A DNA stretch of 64,000 nt, taken from NCBI GenBank assembly GCA_051362555.1, contig CM120643.1, forward strand, positions 23,502,848 to 23,566,847. The letters are read 5' to 3'. This stretch comes from Lingula anatina. Taxonomy: Eukaryota > Animalia > Brachiopoda. How positions within the stretch are numbered: the stretch's first letter is position 1; each line of letters begins with the position of its first letter. Below, one piece after another: positions 13,009 through 26,596 of the stretch. The position numbers were made by a program, and so were the translations under genes. The notes below the pieces were generated by a model. The model did not search any database. It was given only the letters and a program-made list of their open reading frames with translations, and was not told the origin of the DNA.

Positions 13009-14566
13009 CAGTTTATGGTCGTTCATTTGAATAAAGCAAGGCTGTCGTGATCTTTCATTTCACAAATCCCTTTTGTCTTCGTCCATGTGTACATGTGGCG
13101 CTGGCGGTCGTTTACTTTATGGACCAGTTTTCTTCATCCATATGCCCCTTATTTCACTTGTTTTTATAAGCATGGCTTCAGTTAATTTAAGGCACACCTT
13201 GTCGGACGCGCGTTTGCATGAACACCACTTTTCTGTCCACGCGATGCCAAAAAGTTTTTGTTGTTCGACGATTTGCATCAAAATGCAGAGTTACACCTGT
13301 CGCACGCTGAAAATACTGTGTACATCAGTGGTCGAGGGATAGGCCTGTCAGCTGTAAATGACTGTGTATTTGTGTACGGGTAAGGGAGGAGGAGGCTGCA
13401 ATGTTTGCCTACGGCTACCGTATGGCGCAGAACTTGTGTCCCGCCATCTTATTTACGGTGGTGGCCAGCTTTTTGAACTGTCACAACCTTGAAGGTAACT
13501 TAAGCCCATCATCTTGCAGATGTACAGCGTCGGAACAATCATGATTATCCTCACACATGATGTTTATCTGATTTTGCCATTTATCAATGGCCCTTGCAAA
13601 GTTCTGAAGGCAGATGGGTGAAAGTGTCCCAAGGTTTTAATACGGACGAAGACTTAAATGTAGCGATAACACAAGCCAAACATGTTGTGAAAAGTGACTT
13701 CGATAAGAAGTGTTTGTAGCTGTGACGGCATCACGAGACGACTGCAGTCCTTTGCTTTCTCTTGTTAAATGTACACTGTAGGTGCCACAGTTTATGGTCG
13801 TTCTTTTGAATAAAGCAAGGCTGTCGTGATCTTTCATTTCACAAATCTCTTTTGTCTTCGTCCCCGTGTACATGTGGTGCTGGCAGTCGTTTACTTTATC
13901 GACCAGTTTTCTTCATCCATATGCCCCTTACTTCACGTTTTTATAAGCATGGCTTCAGTTAATTTAAGGCACACCTTAACGGACGCGCATTTGCATGAAC
14001 GCCACTTTTCTGTCCACGCGATGCCAAAAAGTTTTTGTTGTTCGTTGATTTGTGGTAAAATGCAGAGTTACACCTGTCGCACGCTGAAAATACTATGGAC
14101 ATCAGTGGTCGACGAATAGGCCTGTCAGCTGTAAATGACTGTGTATTTGTGTACGGGTAAGAGAGGAGGAGGTTGCAATATTTGGCGAACTTGTGCCGAA
14201 CTGCCGAACTTGTGCCGCGCCATCTTATTCAAGGAGGATGGCCAGCTTTTTGAACTGTCACTTCCTTGAAGATAATTTGAGTCTGTCATCTTGCAGATGT
14301 ACAGCGTCGGAACAATCATGATTATGATCATACATGATGTCTATCTGGTTTTGCCATTCATCAATGGCCCTTGCAAAGTTCTGAAGGCAGATGGCTGAAA
14401 TTGTCCCAAGGTTTCAATATTGCCAAAGACTTAAATGAAGCGATAACACAAGCCACATGTTATGAAAAGTCACTTCGATAGGAAGTGTTTGTAGCTGTGA
14501 CGGCATCACGAGACGACCGCAGTACTTAGCTTTATGTTGTTAAACGTACACTGTAGGTGTCACAGT
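13009..14566. repeat. Tandem duplication of a ~780-bp unit (single copy at ~20903-21684)
   Basis: cagtttatggtcgttc recurs at ~13009 and ~13788; paralogous short ORFs at 13073, 13826 and 21036. Confidence 0.88.
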
Positions 14567-15549
14567 ATATGTAGAGTAATTCAGTTTTAAACGTTATGCG
14601 ACAGCAGGTTCAACTCTGCCGGCCGTTAACGACTGTTTGAATAGGTTCTCTTCTCAACATTTCAATGTAGTAAAGTGTAAAGTGTCTTTACTCTTATCTT
14701 AGTCTTTCTCTGTGGTTCCATTCTTTTTCAAAAATACACTTTGTCTGTGCTACTTTCCCTGACACCAACATCACAAAATGTTACAATTGATAATTATCCC
14801 CGATTTAACAATTACTCACCAAAAACATAAAGAGCATATGGCAGATAAAAAAAACACCAAACTGGCTTGAGATATTGATATCCAGTGTAATTAAATGTTA
14901 TTTCACAGAAAAGTAATGCATGGTATAATGTTTGTCTATTAAAGGTTTGAACCCCCTTGCCTAAGTATATTTCATGTAGCGCTCAATAAAAATGCACAAA
15001 ACTAAATCAAACTTTTGAGAATTCAAGCTGTCATCTCTTACAAAAGGTTTTAATTGCACACTTAGATAAACCTCTCATGTTTTCCTTCATAGTTATCCCA
15101 CATGTAGGCCTACTGCCATATATGAGGTATTCACACACATACGTTGTTTCGTCCCACCTGTCAAATTGGCTGTGAAGTCACACATTTTACATGATTTACT
15201 TGTATACATTTACAAATTGAAATTAACCCAAGACAAGTAACGTAGTGTGAACTATAAATGAAGATTAATTATTTACTTAATATAAACTATTTAATTTAAA
15301 CTTAACTACTTTAGCTAGATAATCTTTGCTATGCAATATTAGTGCGGTGCCCTTTAACTGCCCGTGTACCCCTTTGCGTCCAGCGGCCGTAGGGAGGCAG
15401 ACGGTGGTCATACAAAATCGTACAGTTTCATGGATTCACAAATTTTCAAATTCCTTATCATGGCCCGTAACCACTTGAGATATATAAATAAGATATTGAT
15501 TTTGTTAAACTCTTTTCATTTTAAATGGCGTCGTCGAGCTTATTTGCTT

Positions 15550-16602
15550 TTAATGAATGTATCTGTCACCTTCTACTGTGCGTCTGGAGCAACACATGGA
15601 TTTTAGCGTACGTTGAAACGTTTTACCGAACAATCCGTAAATAAAAAAATTGATAGAAGAGTTTAGCATTGTTAAGATATTTAGCACTTGAAATAAGACT
15701 GGCATGTTCGCTGTTACTTTCTGTGGCAATGCTTCGGAATAGAACCCAATGATAAAAGAGCAACAATACAAAAGATGATAGGCTAAAGACGATACGGCGA
15801 TCATAACGGCAATTTTTGTTATTTCTCGGTAAATGAACATCTTCTGCACAAAATAACCTTCACGGCGTTTAGAAAGCTCTCGCAGTCTGCGTATTATTCG
15901 CACATTGCACCTAGTTATAACCAAAAAAGGAACAACAAAATAAAAAAGAGCGTGGGTAACAAGCCAAAAGATCTTTTGATCGGGCAATTGCAGAATGAAC
16001 GGTTTAAAGCAAAACGGATAGGTCTTATTCTGCGAACACAACTGGAACCCAGCTGACACGACAAAGAAATACTTCGGTATAACGCTCATAAAAGAGGCAA
16101 TGATCACGATGGCAACCCATCCTGCCCACGCCTTCAGTGACGATTTATCCAGAAGCTGTGAAGTTGAAGAACAAATCAGGCGGTAACGGTCGACTGTAAT
16201 GAGAACACTCATCCAAATAGGTATAAGAGTGAAGCAGTTGTTCAGGGTGACAAGTACTCGCGAGTATTTTGAAATAAAGGAAAGGGTCCCCGGAAATAAT
16301 TCAATGTAGGAAAATATGGACGGGATCGTAATGAAGAATGTTTGCGAAATTATGAGCATATTATCAGCAACTGCCAAGCAAGTGAGCAAAAAGATCGATG
16401 GATTCTGGGTCTTAAAATTTCGAAACACGACAAAGGACACTGAGTTCAAAAGGAGACCAACCACAGCAATGGAAAAAGCAAAAACTCCACCGACAAAATA
16501 TATAATCTCTTTGTTATGTGCATCACTATCCAACCCCCCCTCTACTACCGAAATATTTGAAGTTATATTTGGAAAGTCGACCGTCAGCACAGTGTCATTC
16601 AT
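15550..16602 (-). CDS. Intronless class A GPCR, FMRFamide-receptor-like / putative chemoreceptor, 350 aa
   Basis: Seven hydrophobic segments, N-terminal sequons, TM2 LAVADN, TM3 ITVDRY, TM7 NSSINFFIY followed by FGKTFQ. Confidence 0.92.
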   Translation of the reverse strand: MNDTVLTVDFPNITSNISVVEGGLDSDAHNKEIIYFVGGVFAFSIAVVGLLLNSVSFVVFRNFKTQNPSIFLLTCLAVADNMLIISQTFFITIPSIFSYIELFPGTLSFISKYSRVLVTLNNCFTLIPIWMSVLITVDRYRLICSSTSQLLDKSSLKAWAGWVAIVIIASFMSVIPKYFFVVSAGFQLCSQNKTYPFCFKPFILQLPDQKIFWLVTHALFYFVVPFLVITRCNVRIIRRLRELSKRREGYFVQKMFIYREITKIAVMIAVSSLAYHLLYCCSFIIGFYSEALPQKVTANMPVLFQVLNILTMLNSSINFFIYGLFGKTFQRTLKSMCCSRRTVEGDRYIH

Positions 16603-19600
16603 TTTTACACCTGTCTTGCTTACCTCTGTGTCTCAGCTAATGTCAGGTTTTCACACAAGTAGCATCTAAAGGGAATCGTTAATCATCATGCTGATATACG
16701 TCTATGCATCCCATACATAAATTGTTTGTGCCGTCTAGCAATCTTGCTAGAACTATCATTTGGCATTTTATTTGAAAATTTGATATCCGTCATGCTGTCA
16801 TTTCACAGATTATCTTCCTCTCGACGACACCATACTTCCTTTTCAGACTGGTATCAGCTGAGAACATGACAATTATGGATTATAGCTACCGAGGAAATAC
16901 AGGTAGGCACTCGAAACCTGCTCTTTATAGGGAAAGCTTTCTTGAAGACGTACGCCAGTGAAGCGGTAATTAGGATGACACATTAGTACTAATAAGCTGC
17001 GCATAGTGTTTTCCGTCTACATGGTCTGACTGGAATAAGGGATCCAAGTGCAAACCCAGTGACAAGAAAAAATAATAATAATAAAATAAAATAAATAGAT
17101 AAATAAATAAAAGAAAAGAAAATAAAGGAATATACTTTTTCTTAATCCACCATGTCTAATCATGATTGGATTCCTTCCCTTATCCCCATTTTTAAAATGC
17201 CCTTATTTAAGCTACAGGGCGTTACATAACATTAAACAAACCCACATTTTGTTGCCCTGGGAACGCCTAGAGAAAATGTAGACATTAGTGATTAAGGAAA
17301 TATATGTTCCCGTAGTTTGTCACCGGGTTACCAGTGTACCCCTTGTTCATTTCTGGTTGCTGTATGAAGGTTGCTGATGATCATTTTTCCCTTATGTAGG
17401 GTCACACGCTTTACACATATTCAGAATTGACCACGCACCTACACGCACAACGTTACAATCCAAAGAAACAACGACCACCTGTCATGCTGCATAGCAAATG
17501 CAACGCCTTTGTATACTGTTTATGTGTACTCAGATCTCGCCGTCTTATCTTTAACATACACACCGGGCTATTATAATCTAATTTTCAGATGTGTAACGTG
17601 TTGTTTAATTTAAATTAAAAAGATTATCAGCAATACATCATGTTACTTTCCACTTATTTAAATTATTTAAAAATAATTCTGTAATTCATCTATTATTTCA
17701 TGTTGTTTTAGGGGTGATTACATGGCGTCATCTGGTATGAATTTTAAAGGTTACAACCACTCACTGAAGACAACTGAGATAAAGATTTTTCATGTCGACT
17801 TCAAATCTGCTTTCGGTGTTGGTGGCTGAAAAGTGCTAAATAGTAATTTTTTGCATTTTCTTTCAAAGAAAGGGAAAAACAGTTAACGATGCTAAACCAT
17901 GCACGTATTTGTCTATTGGGTATTCCACTCTTTCAAAAAATATTCAATTGGGCAATAGTGAATGAATGTCTTAGTCTTTGTTTTTGTTTTTGAAGCCATT
18001 AAAGGGGCAACACGAAAAATAATGCAAGACCTTTTTTCACTTGCAAAAAAAAAAGGCTAGTGCATAGCCAGAAATATCTGTGACTATCTCGTAAAGAAAT
18101 CTCACCATGACCTTGGTAGGGGTAGATATCACAGCCACCCCTTCAGCCTCTTCATAATTAAAGGACGTTTATATCTTCATTCGGTAAAGAGGACACAGGC
18201 TTCAAGATTATTAACAGCAATAGTTTGATAGTTAGCATGTACCCGATTTGTAGCAAAAAATAATATGCGCGGTGCCTCAAGAGCACGTATTCATTTTTCT
18301 TTTCGAGACCAACTGTGCCTAGAGAAATAACCAATATCCATTCGTGCAGTTACCCCTTATGCCAATCAAACGAAATTTTCATAAACTATTTTAGCATATG
18401 TAAATCATGTTCACCTTCCGATAACTTGAACCCACGTACTGGTGTATGCCAGTGGTTATTGTAAGAGGACATACATGAACCACGGAGCCACACATACGGA
18501 GTTAGTAATCAATGGCTCGAAAAAAGCTTTCTGTCTCACTGAGAAATCCACGTTCCAAGGAAGGTGGGGGCGTTTTAACTTTGAGTTTTCTATTGAGATT
18601 TAGTTTGGCTTCTCTCATAACACAACGAGCATGATGAGATGCAAAGCTGTCACTCATGGCACGTTTTAAGGGCTTAAAAAGAAGTCCTTTTATTTCACAG
18701 TAGCATCTACGTACGCTGGACTGTTTAAAAATATTTTCAAAAAAAAAAGAAAGAAAGAAAAAAGCCGTCGAAAATGCATTTTTTCTACTGAACGCGTTTT
18801 ACGGGTGGCATGACCTGGTGCCATACAGGATAAACCATTTACTCACTTTTAATTCCAATTTGAATGGCGCAAATTTGCTGTATATAATGTACTTATTGTA
18901 TCAAAAACTTCACATAGTAATACGACCAATTTTGCTTCCAAAACCGTTCGCTTTTATTAACGCCGAGTGTACACATGCATTCACATCAGTAACTTAATTT
19001 TGAATTTTCTAAAGACAAAGCAAGTAAATGCAGCATAGAATATCGGATTAAGGGGAAAGAGAATATAAGTCATGGGTAGAAAATGACAGCATGAAAAAAA
19101 GGTATAAAAAACGAATGCAGGGCAGAAATAATAACGTGTTACATGACCTGCATCAATCAGTTGGGTGTATAAATTCAATCATTATTATTTTATTTCTGTT
19201 TTCTGTTACGTATGTTAATTAAATCTGACATTTGAACGTGGACTTAATTTATGGAATGTGTCACAGATACATTTTATCATCATACAGGTGTTATTCTGCT
19301 GAGTAAATGGTGCAAAAACAGCATTCCAAAATCAAACACCTCTTACAGACTTCGGCCAACGAGCTTGTATAAGGAATGAAGGGCCTTGAAGCCATGCTGT
19401 TATATTCTGAAAGGTACAAATGGATCCCTAACTGTGGAAATAGCTGGTTAATCGTGTGTACTGATTAAGCAGTGATACAAAGCATATTCAGGTAATCCTA
19501 AATTGCCGATAGAATAACAAGTAAACGGCAGTTATTCTGTAAGATATTATATTAAGTTTGACATTTTTGTGTGATTGGATTTCAATAGAATAGCAATGCA

Positions 19601-22600
19601 TAGTTTTTTCCTGGACATAGGGCCGACTAAAAAGATGTTTGGTTGGGTTCCAGCCTGGGCCAGTTCAGCTGTACACTATTGCAGAAACAAGTTTGCAAAA
19701 AGCGATTAAACCCGCTTGAAACTTTAACACAAGTGGAAGAAAACCGCTGAAATGACATCACAATATGTAATTAAAAAAGATGAGAAACGTAAATGACACA
19801 CAAAAATATTTATTCAAAAGTATGATGAAAAAAAATAATAATAATAATAAAAGTAATCAGTATATTCTAATCAAAAAAATGAAAACTATAGGTTAAGGCA
19901 TATCACAGGAAGTTAATATAATGACACCCGGCTTATCTCTTCTCCCAGCCAGAAGCCATTCTAGCTGTTACAAAATGTGGACACGAGTCCTTTATGCAAT
20001 TTTGCAACAGCTAGATTGGCCCCTGGCTGAGAGTACAGTTATTTCGATTACAATATCAGTGGGTGAAACGATTATTAGTCTGGCTACCTGTTGCTCGTAA
20101 CCGTGTTTGATTAAACCATCACAAACTGATTGAATCTATGCCTCTAAGCGCTGCCTCATATCCAAAGAATTAGACAAAAAGAACACATAGTTCTCTATAG
20201 ACAATCACATTTTCCCTTCTTTTGTGCCATATTAAATATATATTCTACCGACCCTACCCTATACAAAGGCCACAGAGGGAATGCATTCACCAAATATTCA
20301 CATGCATTTCTCTGGCTATTCACAGGCTCTGCTCATATCTGTTCTGCCAGATGAGGTCTCTTTTGCATTAAAAAACTTAACTGCAGAAACGTTCTCTAGT
20401 CTCTGATGGCAAGCATATGTAAACTTATCCTAAGCATCTTTGTTTCGACACACAAAATCTTTAACTTACCATAACAAATATTGCACAGAGCCTTCAGGAG
20501 TAAAAAAAAATTAATTAATTAATTAATTCATTAATAATAATAATAATAATAAATAAGTAAGTAAAAGCTGTCTTAACCTTCGGTTACTATTAGTATGGTT
20601 TTGTCAATTAAGTAATCTATAACATAATTAACATATATATTATTAAATAAACAACGTTTTTAAAAGGCACATTTCGAATAAACAACAATTCTAACCATCA
20701 AATAATCTTAATCTTCATATTAAAATATTCCATTACACAAAAATTACCCATTCCAAAAATAAAAGCCTGCGACCGAGGTTGCATTTGTCTTATTCTGCAA
20801 TGTTTTCCAGATGTTAATCCGATGGCATAACCAAATACAGAAAAGTAATATCCCAAAAGATAATAGCACAGTATTTGCAAATATGTGTCATTTAATGCGT
20901 GTCAGTTTATGGTCGTTCATTTGAATAAAACAAGGCTGTCGTGATCTTTCATTTCACAAATCTCTTTTGTCTTCGTCCCCGTGTACATGTGGCGCTGGCG
21001 GTCATTTACTTTATTGACCAGTTTTCTTCATCCATATGCCCCTTATTTCACTTGTTTTTATAAGCATGGCTTCAGTTAATTTAAGGAACACCTTGTCGGA
21101 CGCGCATTTGCATGAACACCACTTTTCTGTCCACGCAATGCCAAAAAGTTTTTGTTGTTCGACGATTTGCATCAAAATGCAGAGTTACACCTGTCGCACG
21201 CTGAAAATACTATGGACATCAGTGGTCGACGAATAGGCTTGTCAGCTGTAAATGACTGTGTATTTGTGTACGGGTAAGGGAGGAGGAGGCTGCAATGTTT
21301 GCCTACGGCTACCCTATGGCGCAGAAATTGTGTCCCGCCATCTTATTTACGGTGGTGGCCAGCTTTTTGAACTGTCACAACCTTGAAGGTAACTTACGTC
21401 TATCATCTTGTAGATGTACAGCGTCGGAACAATCATGATTATCCTCAAACATGATGTCTATCTGATTTTGCCATTTATCAATGGCCCTTGCGAAGTTCTG
21501 AAGGCAGATGGGTGAAAGTGTCCCAAGGTTTTAATACGGACGAAGACTTAAATGTTGCGATAACACACGCCAAACATGTTGTGAAAAGTGACTTCGATAA
21601 GAAGTGTTTGTAGCTGTGACGGCATCACGAGACGACCGCAGTCCTTTGCTGTCTCTTGTTAAACGTACGCTGTAGGTGCCACAGTATATGTAGAGCAATT
21701 CAGTTTTAAACGTTATACGACAGCAGGTTCATCTTCGCCGGCCGTTAACGACTGTTTGAATAGGTTCTCTTCTCAACATTTCAGTGCAGTTACAGAACTG
21801 TGTAAAGTGTCTTTACTCAGATCTTAGTCTTTCTCTGTAGTTTCATTCTTTTTCAAAAATACACTTTGTCTGTGCTACTTTCCCTGACATCAACTTCACA
21901 AAATGTAACAATTGATAATTATCTCCGATTTACATCAATAACTCACCAAAAACATAAAGAACATATGGCGGATGTAAATACACCAAACTAGCTTGAGATA
22001 TTGATATCCAGTGTAATTAAATGTAATTTCACAGAAAAGTAATGCATGGTATCATGTTTGTCTATAAAAGGTTTAAATCCCCTTGCTTAAGTATATTTCA
22101 TGTAGCGCTCAATAAAAATGCACAAAACTAAATCAAACTTTTGAGAATTCAAGCTGTCATCTCTTACAAAAGGTTTTAATTGCACACTTAGATAAACCTC
22201 TAATGTTTTCCTTCATAGTTATCCCACATGTAGGCCTACTGCCATATATGAGGTATTCCCAATAGTTACAGCATACCAGAATAACCATGAAACCTCGACA
22301 AAAACGCGAAAAACAAGACACAAGTCGGAAACCACAGGCCGAACAAAGTGTCAAACTTTCGTCCTACATAACGAATTGGCTGTGAGGTCACATATTTTAC
22401 ATGATTTACTTGTATACATTTATATCTTTGGTCAAATTGAAATTAACAGAAGGTAAGTAACTTAGTGTGAACTATAAATGAAGATTAATTATTTACTTAA
22501 TATAAACTATTCAAAACAAACTTAACTACTTAAGCTAGGTAACATTTGCCATGCGATGTCAGTGCGGTGCCCTTTAACTGCCCGTGTACCCCTTATCGTG

Positions 22601-23302
22601 CAGCGGCCGTTGGGAGGCACGCGGTGGCCGTACAAAATCGTACAGATTCACGGATTCATAAATTTTCAAATTCGTAAGCTGGTAGAAAACACTGCGCATT
22701 TCCGTAGTGCCATTTTCGGTGAACTTGTAGTGATTGTGATATTTTAACCCGTCCTTGGTATCTTTTCCTTAAATCTCTGGCAGTTTAAAGAAACATAACC
22801 ATAGTGAAGAACTTTTTTTTTAGTCTGACCACGTGGGTGCTAAAATCCTAGTAGTGGTGGGTGCACTGACAACGTATTGATATTCAAGGAAACAGCTCGT
22901 ACGGAGGGTGCACGGCAACTGGACCGAAACTGAAAGGAATCTTTACTATTTCTTATTAACCAACAAACCGAATTTTCCGGCCTGACATCGACTTTATGTC
23001 GGAGAAATGGCACGGGACCCGTACTACATGTATTACATAACGCAAAATTCCTTACCATGACCCGTAGCCACTTGAGATGTGGCAAATGATAAAATAGTAT
23101 AGTGCAGCAAATGACACCTACGCTTATCTGCGAATTTTTTTCAGAAAATATCGCAATCATTATATGCCTATAAAAATGTAAGACTGTTGCAATATTTAAC
23201 CGTCTATCCCTGTTGTGGGGACAAAATTTATTTTATACACGTAATAGTATATATATTTTTCTACTGCGATACGTAGGACCTATGTATAATATATACTTAA
23301 TG

Positions 23303-23306
<4 letters not shown>

Positions 23307-23365
<59 letters not shown>
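23307..23365. repeat. (TA)n microsatellite
   Basis: Pure TA run. Confidence 0.95.
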
Positions 23366-23371
<6 letters not shown>

Positions 23372-24104
23372 CAACACACCTAGTAAAATACCCACATATT
23401 CTTCCTGTTTTTCACCCTTTCTTCTATCTGCAGACAAAATGCAGGGTGACTTACTTTTTATCAAAACATATTTCACATTGCTTACATCTCTAGCTTTAGT
23501 TTTCTAATTGCTTCATTAATGTCGTAACATCTAACAATATATAACAATTAAAACTATTTCAAATAAAAATAATAATAATACACGATATTTATGGTAAACA
23601 AAATATATCTCATCAGGAATCCATTTACATGTATCATCAATAACAAAGCTTGCTTTAAGCTGCACAAAAGATCCACGCCTTCTCCTTTATAAACATTTAT
23701 GAACTATCGGTATTAAAAAAGCCATATGCTTACACTATGTAATATTACTTAAAGTAGCCAAAATGTAATTGAATACCCCATTATAATAATAGTCATCAGT
23801 CACGTTTTTGATGCTTTCCTGTGAAGTTCAGTGTCAACACCATCATTTCATTCCAATCTCAACACTGTCATCAAAGGAACTGTGTCAAAATAAAGATTCA
23901 TTTTTCTTCGGTCAAACTAAAAATAATTGTAATGACTCGTTATAATGAAATTGCTTGCTTAATTTATTTGACATTTCCTTTTACAATTAAATTAGTGACA
24001 GACTTCCAACTTGAGGTATTCAAATTACACATAGCTCAATCTCTTTTTTGAATCCGATTCACATGTCTAACTTTCTTTCACTTCGATTATCCTATCTAAA
24101 AGTT

Positions 24105-25520
24105 GAAATCAGGAGCCCCAGTCGGGTCCACTGGTCCCAATAAAATGTCAGCAGGACTGGATATCTTGTCCCTATTGCATTAATATTAATAATAACAAGA
24201 CCTTCAATTTGTCAAACGTTTTCTTTTTTCTTTTTCATTTTCATTTTTTTTTTCATTAAAAATATTCGTGTACCAATTACATTTCAGAAAAAAAGTAAAA
24301 ATCGAAAGATTTTTTGAAAAGTAAAAGAAAAAATTTAATGACCATCTCAAACTACTAAAGTAAAAATTAATGACTTTTTATCTACAGATTATTCAGTGTG
24401 GTATATTCGATATCGGTGGGGTAAACTGAATCTGTCTTTCTCAAAATTTAAGACCATTCTGTGCCGTAAACTTTTCAGATTACTGGCCATTCGGACCACC
24501 ATTTTCTCAAAATGTATTGGCCCCAATCGGAATCCACTGTTCTCAATAAAAAAATAAATAAATTCAATCAGGCTGGACATTTTGTCCCTACTGCGTCAAA
24601 ACAAGTAATGACAAGACCTTGATTTTGTCAAACGTTCTTTTCTTTTTTCATTTAGAATATACATGTTGCAGTTACATTTCAGAAAAATGAAACCAAAAGC
24701 TGTGTCGAACCACAAAATTCACATATTATGAAAAATCTACTGTTTTTAGTGTCGTACATTCGATATCAGTGGGATAATCTGAATTTGTCTTACTCAAGAT
24801 TAAGACCAATCTGTGCCATAAACTTTTCAGCTTACTGGCCATTTGGACCATCATTTTTCTAAAATCTATTGGCCCCGTCGGAATGCACTGGTATGAATAA
24901 AAAATGTCAAAAAGATTGGACATTTTGTCCTTAATATCATTTACAGTTGGTATATGGAAGGAGAGGAAGAGATTATTTGCTCGGTTCAATAATTGGTTGG
25001 TTTTGGTGGTGAGAGCGGGGATTACCCTGTGTTTCTCGAGCATGAACACCTTGACGACCGAGCACCGCGATAAATTGAAGAAATATTGAGATAGATATTT
25101 GAACGAGATTAGCAATTATTGAAGGTGGGGTAAATAAAGACGCCACGACATTGATTTTGTCTAACTCTGCTCATTTTATTTTCATGTAGAATATTCATGT
25201 AACAGTTACATTTCAGGTAAATAAATTAGAATAAAATCGAAAGCTTTATTGATAACTTAGAGAAAAGTATGACCATGTGGAACCACCATATTCACACATA
25301 CTAACAATTTTCTGATTATTCAGTGCCGTTAATTCGATATCGGTGGGGTAATCTGAATCTGTCTTTTTCAAAATTCGGGCCATCACTTTTTTTAAATCTA
25401 CTGGTCCCAATCGGGATGCACTAGTCCTAATAAAAAGGTCAAAAAGATTGGACATTTTGTCCCTACGTAATATTAATACCAACACGATATTGATTTTGTT
25501 AAACTCTTTTCATTTTAAAC
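24105..25520. repeat. Diverged tandem array of ~4 units of ~340-415 bp, 3' of the GPCR
   Basis: Anchor ggacattttgtcc(c/t)ta at ~24160 (variant), 24575, 24919 and 25450; ttcgatatc.gtggg.taa.ctgaat at ~24406, 24759 and 25333. Confidence 0.8.
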
Positions 25521-26596
25521 GGCGTCGTCGAGCTTATTTGCTTTAAATAAGTGTTTCTGTCACCTTCTACTGTGCGTCTGGAGCAACACATGGATTTCAG
25601 CGTACGTTGAAACGTTTTACCGATTAATCCATAAATAAAAAAGTTGATAGAAGAGTTTAGCATTGTTAAAATATTGAGCACTTGAAAAAAGACCGGCATG
25701 TTTCCTGTTATGTTCTGTGGCAATGCTTCGGAATAGAACCCAATGATAAAAGAGCAACAATACAAAAGATGATAGGCTAAAGACGATACGGCGATTATAA
25801 CGGCAATTTTTGTTATTTCTCGGTAAATGAACATCTTCTGCACAAAATAACCTTCACGGCGTTTAGATAGCTCTCGCAGTCTGCGTATTATTCGCACATT
25901 GCATTTCGTTATAACCAAAAAAGGAACAAAAAAATAAAAAAGAGCGTGGGTAACAAGCCAAAAGATCTTTTGTTCGGGCAATTGCAGAACGAGTGGTTTA
26001 AAGCAAAACGGATAGGTCTTATTCTGCGAACACGACTGGAATCCAGCTGACACGACAAAGAAATACTTCGGTATAACGCTCATAAAAGAGGCAATGACCA
26101 CGAGGGCAACCCGTCCTACCCACGTCTTCAGTGATGTTTTATCCAGAAGCTGTGAAGTTGAAGAACAAATCAGGCGGTAACGGTCGACTGTAATAAGAAC
26201 ACTCATCCAAATCGGAATAAGAGTGAAGTAGTTGTTCAGGGTGAGCAGTACTCGTGAGTATTTTGAAATAAAGGAAAGGGTCCCCGGAAATAATTCAACG
26301 TAGGAAAATATGGACGGGATCGTAATAAAGAATGTTTGCGAAAGGATGAGCAAATTATCAGCAACTGCCAAGCAAGTGAGCAAAAAGGTCGATGGATTCT
26401 GGGTCTTAAAATTCCGAAACACGACAAAGGACACTGTGTTCAAAATGAGACCAACCACAGCAATGGCAAAAGCAAAAACTCCACCGACAAAATATATAAT
26501 CCCTTTGTGATCTACAACACTATCCAAACCCCCCTCTACTACCGAATTATTTGAACTGATATTTGGAAAGTCGACCGTCAGTACAGTGTCATTCAT
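25499..26596 (-). CDS. Intronless class A GPCR, paralogue of 15550-16602, 365 aa
   Basis: Same 7TM motifs (LAVADN, VDRY, NSSINFFIY); about 37 substitutions over 350 aa by hand count. Confidence 0.92.
   Translation of the reverse strand: MNDTVLTVDFPNISSNNSVVEGGLDSVVDHKGIIYFVGGVFAFAIAVVGLILNTVSFVVFRNFKTQNPSTFLLTCLAVADNLLILSQTFFITIPSIFSYVELFPGTLSFISKYSRVLLTLNNYFTLIPIWMSVLITVDRYRLICSSTSQLLDKTSLKTWVGRVALVVIASFMSVIPKYFFVVSAGFQSCSQNKTYPFCFKPLVLQLPEQKIFWLVTHALFYFFVPFLVITKCNVRIIRRLRELSKRREGYFVQKMFIYREITKIAVIIAVSSLAYHLLYCCSFIIGFYSEALPQNITGNMPVFFQVLNILTMLNSSINFFIYGLIGKTFQRTLKSMCCSRRTVEGDRNTYLKQISSTTPFKMKRV

Larger units (their letters stand above)
10577..16870. repeat. Segmental duplication copy 1 (contains GPCR 15550-16602)
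   Basis: 10848-11588 matches 18003-18710; 10577-10830 matches 19351-19615; 11750-15480 matches 19764-23080; 15490-16745 matches 25485-26735. Confidence 0.9.

Noticed and set aside
24940-25135. ~190-bp insert in the tandem array reading VGIWKERKRL, reminiscent of a LINE ORF2 end
   Set aside because: Too short to assign; no clear tail or TSD.
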